A stretch of 64,000 bases of DNA from Ostrea edulis (taxonomy: Eukaryota), in contig NC_079164.1 in NCBI RefSeq assembly GCF_947568905.1, positions 21,762,001-21,826,000 on the forward strand, read 5' to 3'. Under the pieces are notes generated by a model. It made no database searches. It saw only the letters and a program-made list of their open reading frames with translations, and was not told the origin of the DNA. The position numbers were made by a program, and so were the translations under genes. Below are positions 24,905-38,941 of the stretch, one piece after another. Within the stretch, counting starts at the first letter, position 1, and each line of letters opens with the position of its first letter.

Positions 24905-24978
24905 ACGGACCAGACTGGGGTTCGAACCTGGGGGCCCTGAATCTCCAGTCAGGTGCTCTACCAACTGAGCTGGCCACC
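24905..24978 (-). pseudogene. tRNA-derived sequence (pseudo-tRNA or SINE head)
   Basis: Reverse complement ggccagctcagttggtagagcacctgactggagattcagggcccccaggttcgaacccc has A and B boxes but no convincing acceptor stem. Confidence 0.6.
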
Positions 24979-25315
24979 AGCGATATAACCCGTCTGACCA
25001 CTTCATTCCTCTCTCCTTAAATTGTCTTCGCCCTCGAGCACAAAACTATAGTATAGTAGATGAAGACAGATAGATACACTGTAGTTAGTTAGATAAATGG
25101 TTGGAGTTTTAGATGAAGCTCTACAAAGAACCAGCTGCACAGATGTTATTAAGGAGGTGAGAAATTCAAAAATAATTATAATTTTAGTAATGAATCGTGA
25201 ATGAATTGACTAATGTCACAAATTGAACGTGTTTCTCTGATATTATCTTTTCAAATGGTGAAAATAGACATTCCTTTCCCCAAACTGTTTCAGTGTTTGG
25301 CTTTAGAAAGCATAC

Positions 25316-25478
25316 CATAGGCGTAGCTTGGGTTCGAATACTACCGAGGCAGGGGGTCTGGGGGGGCGCAGCCCCCCCAGAAGCTATCGACATTTTAACA
25401 ACGTAAAAAGTTTTGTTTGTTTTTTGTTTTTTTACCGAGGCAGCTGCCTCGGTTGCCTCAATGGAAGCTACGCCACTG
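25316..25478. mobile_element. Small MITE (hAT-like termini)
   Basis: Termini cataggcgtagct / agctacgccactg. No clean TSD seen. Confidence 0.5.
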
Positions 25479-25532
25479 ATACGAGTTACAATTGTATCTA
25501 CTACAATCCAAGAACAAGGGGATATGCGTGCC

Positions 25533-25806
25533 TATCGAGATTGATTAAGTATTGTTTAACGTCCCTCTCAAGAATCTTTCACTCATATATAGACGTCACC
25601 ATTGTCGGTGAAGGGCTGCAAAATTTAGGCCTATGCTCGGCTCTTACGGCCATTGAGCAGGGAGGGATCTTTAAATATCGTGCCACACCTGCTGTGACAC
25701 GGAGCCTCGGTTTTTGGGGTCTCATCCGAAGGACCGCCCCATTTAGTCGCCTCTTACGACAAGCAAGGGGTACTGAGGACCTATTCTAACCCGGACCCCA
25801 GGTGGG
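25533..25806 (-). mobile_element. SINE family A, full length
   Basis: Complete head and core on the minus strand; (caat)n tail at about 25533. Confidence 0.85.
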
Positions 25807-26313
25807 TTGGTGTAGAAATTTAAAGTCAATATACAATGAAAAGGTGAAGATAAAGCGCAGTGATCAATCTTAATATTCCTATAAGGAATACAAAATAGGG
25901 AGTTGGGCAAACACGGACCCTTGGACATACCAGAGGTGAGAAGAGTAAGCATCCCCTGTCGACAGGTTACATCCGCCGTGTATACTCCTAATGTTTTTGT
26001 TATTTCATGGACGTGAAACGCAAGTACATGTAAATGTTTCAATTTACTAAATAATCAATGTCTGTGTTTATACAAAATTCAGCAATTTGGATATTTTTAT
26101 GCACTTTGATGCAGCATGCTATATGAGTGGACATTCCCCGTGTAGTTTTGTCTTTGTAAATTTTTGCAATCAAATTGTACATATTTCAATTAATAAAAAT
26201 CTGGAGCCAACAACCACGATACATGTATATTAAAACACAACTTTAATTATTACACATTTTGTGAAAATAATAGAACTTCGAAAAGACGGTTATTTGAAAG
26301 TAGTACGTTAAAA

Positions 26314-27510
26314 CGGGTACCTGTAAAGTGCGAAACGAAATCGAAACGAAACGAAATCTACCGAAACGAAACACCGAAACGAAACGAAACCTACCGAAAC
26401 GAAACGAAACAGATTGTATAACCGAACTCTTTTAATTATAATAATTAAAATGGTATCTTAGGCCCCTGTGAAAGTTACCACATAAAAATAAAATTCGCCT
26501 CCCCTTTGATGTAGGCTTTCAGCTTGACTGTTACAAAGTTTTAAAAGTTGGAAAGGGGGGAGTAAGCACAAAGTACATATCCGTAGTTGATTAAATGCCA
26601 TGTACAATTAGTTTCGGATCCATACATTTCAGAACCGAGGGTTACAGTCTCAGAGATCTGGGGAAACACACTATACGAGGGGTGGGGTCGCCGACGTTGG
26701 ATCCGCCTTTGGGCATAGAAACATTGTTTGAAGAAGCTGGTGTTTGAGAAAATTGAAAGCAGGAAGAGCTCTTAACCTCTTATTTTATCTCTAACTGCTG
26801 AGGTGCGAGTACTTTCAATAATGGAAAAAATCTATACATTTGGGATGTTGCTAAGACGGGGAATTGAAAACGGGACGGAAAACGGAATTTTTTAAATGCA
26901 ATAATATTAGGAGGAGGTCGGCATTTTGTAAACTGAAAAGGCTTATGAACAAGGGGATTTTAAGCAGAAATCACAAAGAGAACGGGAGGACATATTCAGA
27001 ATCCACCGTTTGATATACTACATACAAATACACAATATCCACATGTATACATATATTTGTCTTTAGAGCAAAAATACTGAAACATGTATTTATGCCCAAA
27101 ATCGGATTCAACGACGACGACCCCATCCCTCGTTTAGTGTGTTTCCCCAGACCTCTGACCTGTGAGACTGTAACCTTCCGTTCTGAAATTTATGGATCCG
27201 AAGCCAATTGGACATGGTATTTATGTACTTTGTGCTTACCCCCCCCCCCCCCCCCCCCCCCAACTCTTAAAACTTTGTATCAGTCAAGCCGAAAGCCTAC
27301 ATCAAAGGGGAGGCGAATTTTATTTATATGTGTAAACTTTAACAGGGGCCTAAGATACCATTTTCAATTATTATAATTAAAAGAGTTCGATCATACAATC
27401 TGTTTCGTTTCGTTTCGGTAGGTTTCGTTTCGTTTCGGTGTGTTTCGTTTCGGTAGATTTCGTTTCGTTTCGGTAGATTTCGTTTCGTTTCGCACTTTAC
27501 AGGTACCCCG
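26314..27510. mobile_element. Foldback-type element with ~400-bp inverted arms containing (GAAAC)n
   Basis: cgggtacctgtaaagtgcgaaacg... versus ...cgtttcgcactttacaggtaccccg. Arm similarity continues to about 26720/27088. ttaaaa direct repeat at 26308-26313 and 27511-27516. Confidence 0.85.
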
Positions 27511-27837
27511 TTAAAACTATTGAATGACAGAGATTCTTGTGAATTACATGTGGGTGATCGAGTGATTAGAGAGGGCTGGAAACGATGGGTAAACAAAGAA
27601 TATGGTTTTGAAGGTTGGTCACACCTCTGATATCATCAACCTTATTTCTTTTTTTTTAATTTTAAAATAAATAGGGTTTTTGAAGAAAAATACGAGTTTT
27701 AAAAAAAAAATCAAAGAAGCCCGTGGGCAGTAAGGGTCACCTGAATATGATGCAATAACTCAACAAACAACCTGATCAAACATTGTTTATTTTTTTATTA
27801 TAGAAATGAAAATAAATTATCCGTAGCTTTCCAAACT

Positions 27838-28132
27838 CATGGGCCACATTGCTTACTTGAGTCACCTTGGTCCATATTTTAAGATTTTCACTATATATAA
27901 TCGCATGTAAAACTTTGATCCCTTATTGTGGCCTTACCATATACCCCCGGGGGTCATGGTTTTAACAAACTTGAACCTGCACTATGTCAGGAAGTTTTCA
28001 GCTCTTCTGGCCCAGTGGTTCTTAAGAAGAATTTTAAATGACCCACTTCATTTTTGTGATTATTTCCCCTTTGAAGGGGGCATGGCCCTTCATTTGAACA
28101 AATTTGAAAGCCCTTCACCCAAGGATGCTTTT

Positions 28133-28176
<44 letters not shown>

Positions 28177-28268
28177 TCGAAAATGTGGAAAGTTTACAGA
28201 GAAACCGACAGGCAGACAACAGGTGATCAGAAAATCTAACATGGCTTTCAGCTCAGGTGAGCTAAAAA
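27838..28268 (-). mobile_element. Helentron/pearl-like non-autonomous element
   Basis: Ends gatcagaaaatctaacatggctttcagctcaggtgagctaaaaa; core aaaactttgatcccttattgtggcc is shared with 37219-37820. Confidence 0.7.
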
Positions 28269-29494
28269 GACCATTTTAAAAATCCATGTATAGCACTTGG
28301 TCTATACAATTGGTGCTCCCTATACCCTCAGTTACTAGTCATGGAGTAATGAATTCCACAATTTGGTAGAAGTCTTCATGCATATAATAATTGGTTACAT
28401 TGTACCAAAGTAAAGAGGGTAATTCTACTACGCATACATAAAATGTAACAACCTTTTACCCATTTGTGCCCCGCCTCAGAGTATGAACCATTGACCTACA
28501 TGTATGAGCATGGAATTTTACAATTTTCATAGAAAGACCAAATACATTTTATTTTGCATACAGTATTTCTACACAAAACATAGACGATATCAAATAATGT
28601 ATTAGACTACTGCATAGTACATATCAATTTGGACCACATCCTGGAGCCTTCACCTCTGACCCACGGGTAATGGATTCCTCATTTTGGTAGAGGGTTCCAT
28701 GTTCTTCATAACCATGCATACCATTTTTCTTCAAGATGTGTAGGGGTAAATAAGACTATTAAAGAATGCATTTTCACTATATACCCTGGGGCCATGAATT
28801 TCATGCAAGACGATTTTTAATGATTGCATAAAATTCTAAACTATTGATTTTGTATCATTTTCATGAAAAGAATCAGTTTGGAGGATATATTCTAACATGG
28901 AAGTTACATGTAAAGAATTCTAGAGAAATTGAAGAATGTTTAAAGTTGAAGTCACAGAATGGTCGTTGTCGAAGCTAGTCCTTTAGACTTATGCTTATCC
29001 TTTCGTAATAATTGTCATCAATGTGAAATTCTTTAATATTTGTGACCATTATTACAATAACAGCAAGTGCACCACACAATGGGCATTATTATACATACTA
29101 CAACAGCCACTGTTACTACAGCTGAAGAGGCAAGATAGGCAGTTACACATACATGTATTACGTAAAACACCCTAAGACTAAAGTTTATAGAGTTCACTTG
29201 TTGTCCTCAACAATTCATTTCGTAATTAAATACATACAATCAAATCTCTACCCCACAGGAATATTAACACTTAAAACGTTTCCTGTATAATATTACTCAA
29301 CACTATGTATTACATATAAGCTTTAAAGCACATTTATTGTCCGTCAACTTTGTTATTACAAGCTCAATCAGATTATCTCTCCAGTGTAATTATGCTGTAA
29401 TTCAATGGCTAGTACAGATTGGAAGGCATGCATACACATGTAACAGTGAAAGGGACTGTCTGTGTTTGTGGTTGGGAAATACGATAAAATTCTG

Positions 29495-31662
29495 TCATGC
29501 AAATGTCTTTCCATCCAGTGCCACATCTCCTCTTTTCAAGTTGGTGAATGTTACATAAAATCTGCCATCAAACAAAATAAATGTAACATATTAAAATCAT
29601 TACTATACAATAATGCTGACTGCAGCTGTGAAAAATTAAAAATTTCTTCATAATTCTATTCAGGTATAAATAATGTTTAGTACTAAAGGGACTGGTTCTT
29701 TTTGAAAAAAATATTTTGCATTTTTGATGTTAAACATTAAAAATATTTAACTCATTTAATGTTGACAACCAAAATTTTGACCTTCTGAAGGCAAGAATGA
29801 AAGCAATATTTTAGGCTTAAATCTGTGTTATGTAAACAAAGACTTGAGTCTTTTTATGTATACAAACAAAGCAGTGAAATATTAATTTTGTAATATAAGC
29901 ATCTTAATTTTGCATAGTCGCAAATTTTAAATTTTAGATGACAGTCTACCCAAAGAATGCTTGAAATGTGAAAGATATAATAAAATATATCCATTCTTTT
30001 TTAAAAACTTTTGTAAACAATAATATACTGCAATCTTTGTTTACAAAACAAATAACAAACTCAGATTACTCTCTAAAATGAGCTTCTGTGATAATGTATA
30101 ACCTTAATTTTTATGTGAAATCTTTTAAACACATTAAACAGCAGGTTTTGATCATTAAAAGTGAAAAACAAAATTTTGGGGAAAATCGTGAATCAGTCCC
30201 TTTAAAGACTTAGCAAACTCTATCCGCTAGTCAAAACAAATTCAGTCCAGGTAAAATCTCTGCCACAATAGCATGAAAGCACCTACTCATTTTCAAACAG
30301 ACATACTGCAACAGATTGGTTAAATATTCGCCAGCCAATACACAAAATTTATAGTCAGAAGAGTTATTTGCCCTTATGTAATGCATTTGAACATACTATC
30401 CAACTGATGGACCATATGGAAGAGCACCAACTATTAGTAAGTTTTATTTCTAGGCATATGTCCGAATCAATTTCTAGTGGATGTAAAATTTAATTTTCTT
30501 TCAACCTCTTGATTTTACAAGCCATTAATCTAAAATCAAAGTACAGTAAAGCACTGCAGTAACAAACCTCCAGGGCCAATGGAAAGCATTCCTTATAACC
30601 TAACTTCGCTATTAATATCCGATAAAAAAAATTTCCTCAAGCAAGTAGTCTATGATCTAGCAAGCATTTCTGTGAAAAATTTAAGTATTTTCAGCAACAT
30701 TTGATTATTCTGCCATGAAGTGCGAGTACAAAGTGTAGCAAAAGAGGATTAACACGCAGTCCTCTAGTACTCAAAATAGCATGTATTTAAATTGTGTGTG
30801 TGGCTCATCATATACCTGTTCTTTGGTATGGATAATTTGCTTTCCAAAAATTCTGCAATGGCTAAAGCATGTTCTTTATTTTTCGCCCCATCTGAAATGT
30901 TGTACAATTCCACAAAACCACAGAGATCCGACGACCCCCCGTGCATCATCATCTGGTCTGGGTGCAGCCGCACTGTTACATACTGAAAATAGACATACAC
31001 ACAGTAGATTTAAAGAGCTGTAACAATTTCAAACATCATCTTAACTGTTTTTGACAGCTTTTAGCATTTGCCTCTGAGAGTTTCACCTTTGATGAATAAA
31101 ATTGTGATTTTGGATCTTCTATCTAGTCTGCTATTCTATTTCGAATTATCTATATAATCAAGAGTATAACTAAATTAAAATTAACATCAAAGCCCAAAAG
31201 TATGCATCTATGGCCAATATGCACTTCTTCCTGTCTGTCAGTGTGTTTATCTTATATCATGGAAAGAAGCCAAACAAATTATATATATAGAGAAATATAC
31301 ATTAAAATCAATTTATAAGGAAGTATATGTGCTACATATCTACTGTTCATACCAAAAAACTGGCAGCCATTACATCAAACTGATTGGATTCGCGAGTCTG
31401 ACCAATACATACACATGCCACCTCCATGTTAATGGCATTTCAAAGTCCAAGCTATCACCTTATTTATCAGACCTCAGTTATCACCTAGACTACATTTATA
31501 TGAATTGAAAACTTTCATACAAAGTGTAATGTGTGTTGAAAGTGGTTAGTTGAGCTGATACTAAAACATATAAATTTGTGTGATTATAGAATTACGGTTA
31601 GTTTGTGACAAGAAAATCATTTCTATAAAGTTTATGCTGATTGATTGATTTTTAACGTCATG

Positions 31663-31695
<33 letters not shown>

Positions 31696-34600
31696 AGCTG
31701 TAGGTGAACTACCACAAATTTAGACCTGTGATTAGGCTCTCTGGGCCATAACAGAGAGGGTTCTTTAACATGTCAACGCCTGCCTTAACACAGGACCTTT
31801 GTTTTTGCTGTACTTCAAGTTTAACCCATATTATGACTCCACCTTAGCCAAACGGGGGTTATGACTAAACCCAACTTGAATCAACACAACATAAGGATGC
31901 CCTATATATACTCTGCTACATTCATATATCATGTAAAAATTTAATCTTGATTCTAGTCCCATCCAATGGTCCATATTAAAAAAAAAAAAAAAGATTTTCA
32001 AATTTTCCCCCATGCATACATTCTTATGTAAAACTTCAAATAGGTATTGTGGCCCAAACCCTCGAGGCATATTGATGTGAAAAAAAATCTGCACTGCCAG
32101 AGGGTGTTTGGAATTTGATATATTGTGACTAATTCTGGCTCTGCTGTTAAGAATGAGATTTTATATAAAGATTTATTCTTATGCAAAACTTTGATCACCT
32201 ATTGAGTCCATCCTACCCCCGGGCCAGGATTTGGATAAACTTAAATCTGAACTGCCTAAGGATGCTTTCTTATTGATGACTAATCAAGTCTCTGACACTA
32301 TTGACGAGAAGATTTTTAAGTTTTAAAGTAGACCTATACTCGGCCTATGCACAATCAAATGTAAATGCGGAACCACGCTTCCGTTTTCCGAAATGTGATA
32401 TTTTAACGATATCCATTTGATGTTTACATGGCGATACGAGATATGAATATCCGATATCAATTCCTTCCTGGGTGTTCTTATTTTCCTATCAGTCAAATCT
32501 TAAGTTGAGACTTTGTGGTGTGTTTTTTTTTAAAAGGGGGAGATAGAGATTATAGCTTTAGAAAAAAATCGGTTGGAGAACAAACAACATGTTGGTGGAT
32601 GAGGGTGTGTCAATTACATTGTACATGTCCGTGAGGCATTCAGTGTACATTGACTATTTATGTATGGAAAAGTTTTACTATGATCCATTAAATGTTCACT
32701 CAGCTGCCACATTGCTACATTCTTCTCCTCTAAAAAATTACATCCTCGTCATTCTCTGAGAAGAATATATATATGTATAAGTTATTTACAAAAGCATGTG
32801 GACAGTTTTCTGTCACACAATTCATGAAAATGGAAGCATCAAGTCTTCTTAACAATTTCAAGAAGAGTCTTCAAAATCTCATTTCTTTCAAAGCCTTGGC
32901 ACTGTTTGTCTTGCAGAATGCTTTGAAGAAATCTCGCTTTCTCGGACCAATGCGGGTCAATAGTTCCCTGCTGAAGCCTTACAAAGTTTCCACTTCGTAA
33001 CCATGCTGACTCCTTTCTGGGTCTGGTCGATCTGCGTGGAGCAGTAACAGGTGAACTTGTATCCGTATCATCTGTTTCTGGTTCAGCATCAGCTACTGGT
33101 TCAGTTTCAGATTCTGGATCTTCTGCTTGTGGCGCAGGTTCCATAGCAGTCTCCTCTTCTGCATGATCTTCAAAATGCTCTCCAACCTGATGTGCATCCT
33201 CATCTGTTGGGAAATCTGCATTCTCTAGTCCAGGTTCTCTCCTTTCAGTAACACAATACTAGGGGCATCAATGTGATGACGTTGTGTTCCTCTAGGAATT
33301 TCCCATAAGACTGCTTCCTCCTCATCTGTATCAAATTGAGTTTTTGCAGTTGACCGAGTGTCACTGTCTTCCCTTTTCCATTGTCTGGTTATAGGTTTTG
33401 GTTTTGGCTTCAGCGTTGGTGGAACTGAATACTCTGGTGTTGCATCCATCTTCGGTTGGAATTCTAAAAGATGTCCAATTGATAGCAGTAAGTTTCTGTG
33501 CAGAATCCTCACTCTTCAACACCATCCTCCCTCTGTACTTTGTAAACAGGGATGTCTTGATTGGGCTGACTAATCACTATGTATGGGTCTTCTTCCCACT
33601 TGTCCGACAATTTGTGGCGTCTGTCAAATGCTACCACTTTGACTAGCACTCTGTCTCCTGCTTCTACCACAACTCCTCTAGACTTGAGATCATAATTGTC
33701 TTTTTGTTGTTCCTGTGATTTGCGTGTAGCCTCTGATGCTAACTGGTAGGATTTCCTCAGTCGCTCCTTTAGGTTGTCTATATACTTGGTAAGAGATTTT
33801 GATCTTTCATTCCGTCTATCTAATCTGAATTCTATGTCTATTGGTAAGTTAGGTTCCCGTCCGAACATAAGGTGATAAGGTGAAAATTTGGTAGTTTCTT
33901 GTTTCATGCAGTTGTATGCATGTACAATGGGAGCTATGTAAGATTTCCAATCTGCTTTTCTTAATTGTTCTAAAGATCCTAACATGTTGTGTAGCATGAT
34001 GGTGGTTTGTAATGTAGTAACAACCAACTCCTGTTGCAGTCATTTATTGCATGATAAAACGAATAAGGATGATGCTAACGATGATTATGGAATTGCGGGG
34101 CATCAGAAAGTGGGGGAGACAGATGGGAAAGGAGGTCAGACCAATTCAGATTTCCACGAACATCATGATAATATTTCTTTTGTGAGGATCCGGTGTTAGA
34201 ATAGGTTTCAAATTATCATCAACAAATACATGGTACGCTTGTGTAAAAAAGAAAAGTTCACATTTCGCTGCTTCAGTGACCACAGATATCGTAGTTGTGT
34301 TCGCTGTTACAATGTTACTGATATAGAGACAAGCTTCAAAGATCAGCTGCAAATAATCTGTTTTATTTCACCGACCGTCATGAATTTGTCATTTTTTCCT
34401 CATCCTCTCTCCTTTTTCAAAATTATTGGGGCGGCATCTATTAGTTCCTTATTGAGATTGCATCTACTTAGAACGGCGTAAGTGGTGTACATGTGCAAAT
34501 ATCCAATTTATGTACATGTAATTGTAAATGATTTCATGACCTGTAGAGATTCAAATAAAACTTTGTCTCAGGACATAAGATATATCACACATTATACATA

Positions 34601-37600
34601 TTCATTAATCATATAAGCAAAATCATCAAAATTCAGTTTGTTACTTTCGGTTTACATTTACATTGTGCAAATTAAACCTCTCTAGAATACTGTAGAATCA
34701 TTTAAATTCATGAGGACATAATTTCGTGGATTTATATATTTGTAAGAAAGATGACTTGGAATGTCTTTATTCGTTGAGGATGTAAATTCGTGGGTGAGGG
34801 TTACCCACGTATTCCACGAAAATTGAGCCAACACGAATTCTAATGATTCCACAGTATTTTTTTTCAGATAAAATGTAAAATTTAATTGTAAACCACATGT
34901 ATCTTATAATAGTTATAGTTTAGCATAGTTCAAATTATTATTCAAGGTTGTAAATATGCTCAAACTTCACATGTCTTACGAAAATATGATAATGTATAAT
35001 TTTTCAAGATTTTAAGGGGGGTGTACTTGTTGTAGAGCTGATAGCTAGCTTCTAAATTAATACATCAACATATGATTTTCTTACTCAAATCCTTATTCTA
35101 AGATAATAATCTGTAAATCAAAAACAATTAATTCAAGGTTTAGTCCATAAAAATTAGGGAAAAGACTAATATTGACGTCAAATGGCATTTCCTACAGTAT
35201 TTCCTTTAACATGTTTGGGCTCACAAAGTATACATTGTGAAAATATTTATTCCAATTCATTAGAACAAATGATTACATATACCATTAAATAAAGGGTATA
35301 TAGTCTATGTTGCTTATTATACAGCCCATTTGTTTGGGAAAATAATAATTAATAAGAAAAATAAAGAAGGAGGAGTGCATTTTCCTTAATGTTGACAGGG
35401 TTCTTACTTTTGAGAAGCAATAACAATGAAAATAGCATGTCAACATACATGTATATATTTTTCAATGTTTATCTATTACTGGAATGTATATTTATCTTGT
35501 AAAGGCAATTTTTTCATGATTTGAGTGCATTTAAGGCCGAGTATAGATCTACCTTAATCTCTTACATGTTTTTATGTAAGACTTGGTGTACAATGTAACC
35601 CCTAATGTGCCCTCCTCCCCCATCCTTGGAGGGGCCAATGGTTTCAACCAATTTGAATCTGCACAACCTGAGGATGCCTGCCTAATAGCATCTATCAACA
35701 TGACTAAACATGGCTTAGCTGTTCATAAGACGACAAGCTCACTAAAGCTTATATAGCTCAGGTTCATAAGACGACAAGCTCACTAAAGCTTATATAGCTC
35801 AGGTGAACTAAACACTGAGATGATATGTCAAAGCTGTTACTTCAAATATTCCCTACATCCCCCTCTGTCCAAATATCTAATTCCTCATTTCCAATTACCA
35901 CACTAGCAGGCCTTCCATTCACCTACACTTCCTAAGTCCTTCTGAGTGCTTTGCTACCCTGACATGTTAACTTTTGATAGTGCTTCTCCACAAAATTTCT
36001 GTGATATATATTTTAGTTTACCACAAGATCCTTAAAACTAGATTACACGTCTGACACAAAATATTTCTTTATAATATCTAGCTTCAACCTGTCTTGAGCA
36101 TTTTTTCAGACTAGTGTTGAAACTAATCATTAAAGATATCAAGTGACAGGCCCCTATACTGGGTTCAAACTGTGATGTCAAAGAGTCGTATTTGCAGTGT
36201 ATCATTTTTAATGCGGGTTGATGCAACAATGTTATCTTAATTTATAAACGCTTTCAATCAAACTAATGTTTAGCATGTGTAGGTCAATGCCATGCGATAT
36301 CTTTCCAGAGATCATATGTGTCTGATATTTGCCATTTTTATCAAGTTTTAAATATGAAAATTGCAATGTTCCTTAAGTCTAATCATTTAACAACAGACAT
36401 GAAAGGGCACTAATTTTTTTCTGACTTTGATAAAGGAGCCTTTAACATTTTCTCATTAATCCAACCAGTCTCTTGTTGAAAAATTAGTGAAAAATCATAT
36501 ACACCGATTGGCTGGTTACATATGTACACATCTTGAACTTTAATTCACACATCTGTCATGGTGCCCTGGAGCAGTACAAATTTCATGGTGATTTGAATTA
36601 AGACTGCGGAACATTAAGTGGCAAGAAATGAAATATACAGCATTCATGATGTTCATCTCTTACATGTACAGTCAAAACAATTAATGCCACAATGCAATGG
36701 GTGGATGCTAACTCAACGCGGATTGAAAAGATCTAAGTTTATCGCCGCACATGGGTGGGAACATTTTTCAGCACAGACTCCCTTGAAAACGTTGCGATTG
36801 CATGAAATTCCAATTTCTAAATTGATTGTCAATCCACTTAGTTTTACTTTTATTGTATTAATGAATTATAATGTTAAACATTTGGTAAAACGTATTCAAA
36901 ACAAAAGGATGAGGTCTAGAAGATTACCAAGGGTTAATAATCCATCTGGCTGATCATAAAATAATGATCGGGTAATAGGCCCGCGAAATCTGCAGTCAAC
37001 ATTTAATAGCTTCCACCTCAGGTGCAAAATATCTATGCGAGATCAACTTTTTACAATATAATTCAACCACGCATGACCTGTATACTCATTAAAGCATCTT
37101 TGTACAGTTAACATTTCAAGGAAATGGTATACATGTATATGTATATGGAACTCGATTTTTCTCATTTCTCATGCATATTTATACATACTTCATAGCTATA
37201 ATGCAAAAAATCAAAAGAAACAAGAGGCCCAAGGGCCACATCACTCACCTGAGTTACTTTGGCCCATATCTGAAGACTTTCCATATATATTTGCATGTAA
37301 AACCTTAGTCCGTATTGTGACACCAACCTACCCCTGGAGGCCATGACTTGAACAAAATTGAATCTGCACTATGTCAGGAAGCTTTCATGTAAATCTCAGC
37401 TCTTCTGGCTCATTGGCTATTGAGAAGATGATTTTTAAAGATTTTCCCAATATATTTCTATGTAAAACTTTGATCCCCTATTGTGGCCCCAATCTACCCC
37501 TGGGGGCTATGATTTGAACAAACTTGAATCTGCACGATGTCTGGAAGCTTTAATGTAAACCTCAGCTCTTCTGGCTCATTGGTTCTTGAGAAGACGATTT

Positions 37601-38910
37601 TTAAAGATTTTTCCTATATATTTCTATGTAAAACTTTGATCCCCTATTGTGGCCACAATCTACCCCTGGGGGCCATGATTTGAACAAACTTGAATCTGCA
37701 CTATGTCAGGAAGCTTTCATGAAAAATTTAAGCTCCTCTTGTCCAGTGGTTCTTGAGAAGAAGATTTTTAAACGCCCCCAACCTATTTTTGCATTTTTGT
37801 GATTATCTCCCCTTTGAAGGCTCTGAAAGTTAATATAACTCACCAAAACGTGATGGGTTACTGTCCAGAGCTATCTACTCGCGGCCTGCCAATATCAGAA
37901 TCTCCTTCGCACCAAAGAGTTCCAATTCCGCTTCCTGTGGATACAACTAATAACCAAAACGAACTTATATACAGTGATGAACCACAACGGCCAATAATGT
38001 CAAATAGAAGGAACTTAACAAATTCCCCTTCTTTCTTTTTAAAGTAAAATAGTGTCATTCAAAATATACTGTACATATCTACACGATTCCTTTTTCTCTG
38101 TTTACATTTTCAAGCACTGATCCCGCCAAGCACCTGTCTCTAGTGCTTTAAATTATACTGTTGCTGAACATTAGAATTTAGCTTAGATATTTAGAACAGG
38201 AAATTTTTTTCTAGATTTCATAGCCCATGGAAGTAGTGATACTTTTTCACTAGTGGGCCTCTTGTTGAGCTACCCATGCTGTGGCGGGGGGGGGGGGGGG
38301 GGGGATTACATACGGAGGTGTAAAGTGCAGAAGGTCAATAGTGTGGGGGATGCAGTGTCTTAAATTCCCTCCAACATCAGGGTCCGCAAATATGAGGCTC
38401 TCTTTCTGCCTTTTAGTTGGTCAGTTAGATCACAGGCTTTAATGACAAATTCCCTCTAGACACAATCTTGGTAATTAACTCTGAGAATATAATCATGTCT
38501 TATGTAACAAAGGTGCAGGCATGTTTTCTCTCCCGATCTCATGGTTTTGAAACTATCTCCTGACTACAGCTACCCTGGCCTGGAGTAGGTACCTATCGGA
38601 TATCTCACTGATGTGCTAGTTGTTGGTTTTTCCCCCCACACCTTTACCATAAGACCTGCGAATATTAAGTGGCAAAAAATGAAATATACAGCATTTGTTA
38701 TGTTCATCTGTTACAGTCAAAACATTTGACGTCACAATGGGCGATTTAACAGGCGGGAACATTTTTCAGCATGGACTGAGGATTTTTAAATGAAAACGCT
38801 TGTGTTGAAATTTAATTTCATGTTGTATTTTTAACTCACCTGAGCCAAAGGCTCAATTGAGATTTTCTGATTAAAATTTGTCCGTTGTGTGTCGTCTTCG
38901 TCGGCGGCGT

Positions 38911-38941
<31 letters not shown>

